Virus record (IMG/VR): IMGVR_UViG_3300030099_004395
Span: 1-61,805 of that record
DNA: 61,805 bases
DNA from: a virus
Taxonomy: Duplodnaviria > Caudoviricetes
Direction: 5' to 3' (one strand)
Part shown: one piece after another, positions 38,387 through 46,700 of the stretch
Layout: each line of letters starts with the position of its first letter
Numbering within the stretch: the stretch's first letter is position 1
Notes under the pieces: generated by a model
What the model was told of the DNA's origin: nothing
What the model saw: only the letters and a program-made list of their open reading frames with translations
Databases searched by the model: none
Made by a program: the position numbers and the translations under genes

Positions 38387-39097
38387 ATGGCAGTAGCAAC
38401 AGGAGTATTAATAGCAGGAGGTGTCGCAGCGGCAGCAGGTGCGACAAGTAGTATCATTGCTGCAAACAAAGCTAAGAATGCTAGAGACGCTCAGTTAAAT
38501 CAAGCAAACATATTACAACAACAGCTAGATGATCTTGAAGCATCAAGACCTAAGTTTAAAAATCCTTATGAGAATCTAACTAACTCGTTTGAAAACTTAA
38601 ATAATCCCTACGCTAATTTAACTGTATCTACTGAAGCTGCCAGGATACAGGCTGAGGAAGCAGATATAGCTTTAGCTAATAGCTTAGATCTAATGCAGGA
38701 ACAAGGTATGGGTGCTGCTGGTGCTACAGCTTTAGCTCAAATGGCTTTGAAAAGTAAAAGAGGTATTGCTTCTACAATTAATGCTCAAGAAACTCAAAAT
38801 AAAAAGATGGCTGCTCAAGGTCAAGCAAACGTAGATAAACTAAAAGCAGAAGGCCAACAAAAGTTAGACTTTATGAAAGCTAAAGGTGACGCTATGGAAC
38901 AGCAAGACGCTATTAGTTGGCATCAACAAAAATTAGATAGAACAGCTGGTTTAATGGATAACGCTAGACAACAAGCAGCAGATAATGACGCAGCTAGAAA
39001 CGCAGCTATAGTTGGTATAGGAACTTCAATAGCTCAAGGAGCAGGTATAATAGCTGGAGGATTTGGTCCTAAATCAAATTCAACACCAAATACATAG
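38387..39097 (+). CDS. internal virion or ejection protein
   Basis: A/G-rich hydrophobic termini with Q/A coiled coil. Confidence 0.65.
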   Translation: MAVATGVLIAGGVAAAAGATSSIIAANKAKNARDAQLNQANILQQQLDDLEASRPKFKNPYENLTNSFENLNNPYANLTVSTEAARIQAEEADIALANSLDLMQEQGMGAAGATALAQMALKSKRGIASTINAQETQNKKMAAQGQANVDKLKAEGQQKLDFMKAKGDAMEQQDAISWHQQKLDRTAGLMDNARQQAADNDAARNAAIVGIGTSIAQGAGIIAGGFGPKSNSTPNT

Positions 39098-39099
39098 AT

Positions 39100-40749
39100 A
39101 TGGCATATAACAGACCCCAAAGAATTATAGATAAAAGTTTTGACACTTTTGTAAGAGCTACTAAGGAGTTTAATTCTAAAGTAACTAATAGCATGCAAGG
39201 TATAGCTAATAGTGTTATGAAACAGAAGAGAGATCAAGATGCTTTGACAGAAAAACAAGATGATCTAGAAAGCGAAATGCTAGACAAAGCTAACTCGTTT
39301 GGTAGTACTGGTGATGCTATGCTTGATGAAAATATTGTAGGTTTTTGGAATGATAAGGTAGAAGAATACTTTAGAATAAAAAACGCAATGCAAAGAGGTG
39401 ATATAAGTAGGAGAGAAGGTAACTTAGCATTAAAAAGAATAGAAGGTTTACCAGCTCAATTTAAATCTCAAGCAAATTATTTAGCAAATCAAGTATCATT
39501 ATATAACGATGTTTCTGGTTTAAAAACAGGAGCACCGGGATCTATAAGTTCTGTTAGCTCACAAGAAAGTCAACAAGTTCTTAGAACAATGTCTGAAGGC
39601 GGTAATGTTCAAATAGTAGAACGTGGTGGTGTATTATACTATTATACTCCAGATACTGTAGATGAGAATGGAAACGTCATTAAAAAAGGAGCAATGTTAA
39701 ATGGTTCTGAACTAGTTGCTAATCAAGCTATAAATAAAAATCTATTTGAAACAATACAAGATATATCACCAATGGAAGAACAGTTGTTTAATAAAAGTTT
39801 AAACACTGACGATATAGTAGATGAGACTTTTATACAAATGAAAGTAGAAGAGAAAGATGGTAAAATATACAAAAGTAGAGTGATTAAAGATCCTGAAGCA
39901 GCGCAAACGGCAATACTAGAAAGTCCAATGATGAATGCTATTATCAACGATAAAAGCATGATGACAACTTATTTTCAAGATGTTATTCCTGACGCAGGAG
40001 AAGATGGTTATTCTCTATCTGAGTTTTATAACAGCGATGAAGGTAAAGCTATGCGTGATGCTGGTATTACAGAAGAAGAATTTGTAAATAGTCGATGGGG
40101 TGAAATGGTAGGCGAACCTGATGATCCTAAAAACGAAGCGCTTGCATCTGGTCAAGAACAAGCTGCTAGAAAATGGATTGCTAATGATACATTAAATAAG
40201 TTTACTCCAGGTTTAAATAGTATAAAAGGTAATTACTTTAGTATAGAAAACAAACCTAAAAAAGAAAAATCTAGTGGTGATGATAAAAATAAACCATATG
40301 AATATGGTAAAGGAGTTGGAGATCAAGTACAAACAATGGGTGGTGCTTATGAAGATACTATTGAAATTGCTGATGAGCTATACGCTGATCCAAATACTCC
40401 ACCAACTACTCAACAAATATACGAGTCATTAATAAATAATCCAGCTATAGACGAAACAGATAACGATTTTTATATGGGTGATGGTACTCCAGATGGTGGT
40501 AAATTAGGTGTATTATATCACGATAACGTTCCTGTATCTATGGGTAAGTTTAAAACTAAAAAGGCTTATGAAGATTATGTTTTTAGACAAATAGGTATGA
40601 AGCCAGAAACTATAGGACATTTTAGAAAAGAAAATCCACCACCAAAATATCAACTTACTGAGGAAGATAAAAAGAAAATAGAAGCTGCTAAACCAGGAGA
40701 GTCAATAACTTTAGGTAACGGAAAAACAATTAGAAAAACCAAAAAATAA
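39100..40749 (+). CDS. internal virion or ejection protein
   Basis: 549 aa between ejection-type genes. Confidence 0.6.
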   Translation: MAYNRPQRIIDKSFDTFVRATKEFNSKVTNSMQGIANSVMKQKRDQDALTEKQDDLESEMLDKANSFGSTGDAMLDENIVGFWNDKVEEYFRIKNAMQRGDISRREGNLALKRIEGLPAQFKSQANYLANQVSLYNDVSGLKTGAPGSISSVSSQESQQVLRTMSEGGNVQIVERGGVLYYYTPDTVDENGNVIKKGAMLNGSELVANQAINKNLFETIQDISPMEEQLFNKSLNTDDIVDETFIQMKVEEKDGKIYKSRVIKDPEAAQTAILESPMMNAIINDKSMMTTYFQDVIPDAGEDGYSLSEFYNSDEGKAMRDAGITEEEFVNSRWGEMVGEPDDPKNEALASGQEQAARKWIANDTLNKFTPGLNSIKGNYFSIENKPKKEKSSGDDKNKPYEYGKGVGDQVQTMGGAYEDTIEIADELYADPNTPPTTQQIYESLINNPAIDETDNDFYMGDGTPDGGKLGVLYHDNVPVSMGKFKTKKAYEDYVFRQIGMKPETIGHFRKENPPPKYQLTEEDKKKIEAAKPGESITLGNGKTIRKTKK

Positions 40750-40753
40750 TATT

Positions 40754-43700
40754 ATGGGTAACGGAAACGATTGGGTGCCAGAAGGATTTGAATTAGTAGA
40801 AGATGAACCTACTAATGCCTCTTTTGAAATACCTGAAGGCTTTGAACTAGTAGAAGAAGAAGAAAAAGAAAAACCTATTACCGAAGGGGTAGCTCCAGCA
40901 GCTACTCAAGGCGAGCCAGAAGTGTCAGCAGAAGATATGGTGGCCAATGATATTAAAAATTTAGAAACAACCTTGTATGATGAGAAAGTAGTTGCCGCTG
41001 CCAATGCTGATGCAGCTGAGTTAGAAGCTGCTCAAAAAGCAGAGGAAGAATATGAAGGAAGTGCTAGAACAAAAAGAGTAAGAGATGAAAAACTACAAGA
41101 TTCTAAACAATACCAAAAAGCTTTAAAAGATGGAGGGTATGTAGACAAATCATTTGACTATAAGCATGTTGAAATAACTCAACCTGATGGAAGTATTAGA
41201 ACATACCCTTATTCTGAGGTAGCTGCTAACTATGGAGACGTAGATGAATATGTTAAAAGATGGCAAGGTAAAGCTAGAGTAGTAGATAACACACCTCAAG
41301 AAGTACAAGAAGAACAAGGCTTTGTTGATGGCAAAGATCAAGTAAGTAAAGAAACTCAAGCTAGAATAGAAAAAGAATCTGCTGATAGAAAAAAGAGAAT
41401 AGAAGAATTACAAAAGAAAAAAACATCAAGAGAAAATCAACTAAACAGTTTAGAAGCTAAGAAAAAATACAACGAAGAATATTTAGCCTCTAAAATACTA
41501 GATAAAGAAATTTCTAGAATAGACGAAACCTCTGACTATTTTAAAGAACACTTAGGTAAAAATATATATGAAAACTTAAGTGAAGCTATAGACGCAGAGA
41601 GCATGTTTGGTTTTGATGAAGACGAATTAATAGATATAATAGATAACAATAAAGATGAAGCTAAAAAATATTTAGATAAGTTTTTTAAAGGCGATAAAGA
41701 GTTTTACGAAAAATGGAAAAACTATTATAATAGTGATGGAGAAGATTATGATTTTAATTGGACTAAAAATTATTTAGGTGATAAGCTAGTAAAACAAAAT
41801 TTAAGAGACGCAAAAGGTAAGTATAATGAAATGTTTCATTATGAAAGAGAACACACTCCTGAACAGCGAAGAAGAATTAATGAGTTTCAATATGAGAATT
41901 TACTAGGTGTAGATGAAGTAGCAGAAGCTAGAAAAGCCCACAATGAAGAGTCACAAAGATTACAAGAGATAGGACAAGACTGGGTTGTTGATGAAAACAG
42001 AGGGCAAAAAATATACAGTAGAAAAGTAAATAAAGTTAGAGATAATTTTGGTTTATTACAGCGAGAAGATATAGCTGTAATGCATGATCTTTATGGTAAT
42101 GATACAGAAGGTAAGTACGCGGAAGGACAGTATGGTGTAGATACTCCCCTGTCAAGAGATGAGTTAAAAGCTTTGTCATTAAAAGCAGAAGAAAAAATTC
42201 AACAAACAAATACTCGTTTAGCTGAGGATTTTGCAACATACCAAAGGCAAGCTGACGAGTTAGAAGCAGACTTCGCACCTTATAGAGATAATATAAATGC
42301 GTCATTAGAAGTTATAAAAGAACTTGAAGCTAAAGGTATAAGTTCTACTTCTTCTAAAGAAGATATTGAAGCGTATAACGCTGCTATACAAAACGTGAAA
42401 GATCAACAAGCAGAAATGCTAACTTCAGGTCTTTATCAAAGAGAAGAAGATTTAGTTCAAACATATTCAGATCTAAAAGTTGCTAATGATAGATTAATGG
42501 CTCAAGCAGATTTAACTGGTGATTTAAGTTTAGCTGTAGATGCTTCGTTAAAAGATTATAGTAACATACACCGTATGGGATTACAACTTGAAATAGGATT
42601 TTTAGGTAGTGGCGCTATGATGCTAGGTAGTATTACAAAAGGTGTTGGTGATGCTATAGCTTGGGGTACTGATGTATTTACTGATGCAAGCGACGAAGAA
42701 GTTCAAGATCTTTACGATCAAGCTGACAAAATAAAAGGTGTAGCTACAAACTACAATGCTAGATTACAAAATGCTCTAAACAACGAGTATACTAGAAACA
42801 TTACAGTAGATGACGCTAGTTGGAGTACGTTAGATACTTATATGGGTCAAATGTTTGCTAACAACTCTCCTTCTATATTGACAACTTTAATGACTTTACC
42901 AATGGGTGGTCTTGGTGGTTTAAGTTCTGGAGCTGCTCGAGGTACATTAGCTTATAGAGCAGCAGCAATGAGAGCACAAATGCAGGCTGCAAGACTTTCA
43001 CAAGGTTTATTTTTTATGCAAGGCTACGGTGGTAAAATGGCGGACTTAGAAATTACTACATTAAACGCAGAGCAAAAAATAGCTGACTTAAATAAAATGA
43101 TTGCAGATTCTACTACAGAATACGAAAAGAAAGGTTATCAGCAACAACTAAATGAATTAAACAGACAAGTTAGTATACCACAGTGGCAAAGAACCACGTC
43201 AGCTATGATAGGTGGTTTATCTGATATGTACATGGAAAAGCTTGGATCTTTAAGCTATGTTAATAAGTTTACTAGAATAGCACCAATATCAGGAAGTAGT
43301 ACGTTTAAAAAAATGATGTATAGTGGTTTAAACACAGGTTTAAACTTAAGCAAGGAGATTGGTGAAGAAGTTGGTGTACAAATAATTAATAACGCTTCTG
43401 ACAATATATTTTTAGGTGAAGACAAAAGTTTATTAGACGGTATAAATGAAGACTTCTTAGTTAATACTGCTTTTACGTCATTAGCTATACAAGGCCCGGG
43501 TATGGGTGGTAATGCTTATAATATTATTAGAGATGAGGTTACTAACCAAGTTGATAGAAAAAAGACAATACAAAGACGTAACGAGTTATTTAGAATAGAA
43601 AATGAACTAGCTAATAATAGAACTAAATTAACTAAAAAAGAACAAAGAAAATTAGTTGATAGAAAAAGAGCTATTATAAGAGCAGAAGCGATGCAAGACG

Positions 43701-46700
43701 TTATGACAACTCAAAAGCTAGCTCGTATGAGTACGTCAGATAAAAAAGCTTTATTTGAGTTAAATAGAAAACGTAGAAAAGCTTACAACAATATAAGAGC
43801 AGAAGCAGCTAAAGGTTCTAGTAAAACTTCAAGAGATAGAAAAGATAGATTAGTATCTGAATATAAAAAGATAGATGAGCAAAGAAATAATTTGTTAAGT
43901 CAGGAAGCTAGAGCAAGAGAAGAAGCTTCAAAAGATAATTTTGATCCAGCACAACATGCATACAACTTAGGTTTAAATGATTTTTATACTGATGTTGTAG
44001 CTATGAATCAAGAGATGAAAGGTAATAAGTTAATACGTTTTAACTCTGAAAACAAACCTAACATAGAAAGTTTAACAAACCAATACGGTAAGGAAACTGC
44101 TGAAGCTATAATGAAATCTTACGAAGGTGGTAACAACGCTGCTAACGTTCCAGGTACCAATGATATTATTTTATTTCAAGATAATATAGATGTCAACATG
44201 CAGAATACTAAAATGCAAACTGAATCTGAAATAGCAGCTGTAGCACCTATGCATGAGTTATTACATATTCAAAATAGAAATGCTGGTGTTGTTAAAGATG
44301 GTGTTGTTGTTGAGCAAGCTAAAGTAGCTATTGAGCAACTTGATGCTTCGATGAAAACTAACTTAGACATTGGAAAAATTACTCAAGAACAATACGATAA
44401 CTTTGTTAAAAGAAAAGAAGGATATACTACTAAAGATGGTGTCAATGTTGAGGAGTTATTAAATTTATATGGAGACTTTGTAAACATTGGAGTGTTAACA
44501 CCTAGCAGTTTAAATGGTATGTATGGTATTAAAAATACTTTATCTGCGTTAGTTAATAAGTTTAATCCTACAAATCAAGCTTGGTTGTTTCCTATGCAGA
44601 CAGGTAAAGATGTATTTGGTTACTTACAAAGTTTTAGAAAGCAAGCTGAAAAAGGTAAAGTTGCTATAGATCAAGAGGAAGAAAAGAAAGAAGATGGTAT
44701 AGTAGAATCTTCTAACCTACAAGAAATGGCAAAAGATTTTGATATGTCTAAGCCATCTGGTAGAACTAGATTTTTAAATGAAAACTTAGCTAAAGATAAA
44801 GATGGTAATTTTGTAACTGATATTACCAAATCTAAACTAGGTCAAGATATAGGTGGTATAGTAGAAACTACTACTAGAAGACTTTATGATAAAGTACCTG
44901 CTGATCTCAGACAAGGCGTAACAAGAGATGACTTTAAAAATGATTTAACTACTTTAGCTAGTACACTAATTCAACAAGAGTTTGATCCTAGTAAACAAGA
45001 CTTAGATAAGTTCTTAAGTAATAGGTTAAATTTAAGAGCAAACAAGCTAGCAACAGATACATTTGGTCAAGAGTTTACAGATGATATTACAGAAGCAAGA
45101 GATATAGCTGCAGAAGAAACAGCTGATATAGTTAAAGATGATAATAAAAAAGTAAATCAATCTCAAAGAGGTATTAGACTAAAGAACAGATTACAGACAA
45201 ATGAAGAACAAGCTGAAACATTAAAGCAAGCTGTAGATCAAATAAAATCTGAAATAAATAATTTACCTATAGATCAATTAAATTTTAAAACACTAAAAGA
45301 TTTAGCTACAGATAAAGTTCAAGAACTTTTTGGTATAGTACCTAAACCAGGTAACCTAACTAAAGGTGATGTTGCTAACGCTCAAAACTTTATTAATAAA
45401 AATGTAGAAGCATTAATGACTATGCTACCTGAAGGAGCAACTCCAAGTGGTACTTCTACAGGTGTTCAAAAAGTTTTATTAGACAAGCTATATAGAAAAA
45501 CAGATAGAGCTGCAATGGCTAAAACAGGTAGTAAAGCTGGTTTACCTGTGCAACAAAAACGTAATGATATAACTCAAGCTGAGTTTAAAGAGATATTTGG
45601 TATAACACCAGCAGGAACACCTAATGTTAGTGATCGTAATACTAGTGCAAGGATAAAAGCTTTAGTTGCTCAGACAGAACGTATGTTAACTAATCAAGAG
45701 GTTAGAGCAGCGTTAGAAAAAGAAGGTCGAGATATTCCACAAGCTTTAGCAGAAGGAAAAGCTGAAGTAATGTTTTCTATAAGTTTAAATAATATAACAC
45801 CAGAGCAAAGAGAACTATATGATAAACTCTCTAATGCTAGATCTATAAACGATGTAGCTAAGATATTAAACTTAGGAGATGTTACGGTAAATGAAAAAAA
45901 CAGAGTAGCTAAGCAAATGGAAATATTAAAAGCTATAGTAGATCACAAGCTAAGTGTTAATGTTTTTAAAGCTGCTATGCCTGCTTCATCAGGTGCTGTT
46001 AGAATGAGAGTTGGTAAAGTACCAACATTAGATAAGTACTTAGCTGACAATAATATTAAAGGTGTACCCGGTGATGTTTGGTATAAGTTAACTAATGGTA
46101 AATTTGCTAAAGGTGTTTATAAGGGAAAAAATGCTAAAGGAGTAAAACAATTTGGACCTCCCGTAGATAGCGATGGTAATCCATTAACTAATTTAGTTGC
46201 TCAAAGAGGGAGGTTGTATTATGGTGTTACAGATCCAGCTTATATAGAAGCACTTGAAAAAACTAGAAATGATACTCAAAAACCAAAAAGAATAAGGGTT
46301 AAAGGTGTTATAACTCAAAAAGAGTTTAATGCTAATAGAGCTCAAAGCGATATGAACATGGATATACTAGAAGATGTAGCATTACAACTAGGTAATGCTG
46401 TTAAAGCTGGTATGAATCCTGCTATTGCCGCTTTGATTATAGCTCAAGGATATCAAGCTACAGCTGGTCTTATTAAGATAGCTGCTAGATTTGATAATGT
46501 TTCTGATGTTATGGAGTACGGTAAATCTAAGAAACAAAGAACAGGTGAGAAGTATAGAGAAGAACACAACCCACCCGCTTCTGTAATAGGTGCTACATTG
46601 ATAGGAGCTATTGTAAACAAAAACGTAGAAGAGATATTTCCATTTATTAGAAAGAATTATTCTCAAACACAATTGTCTAAAGCTGCTGATGAGATGTTAG

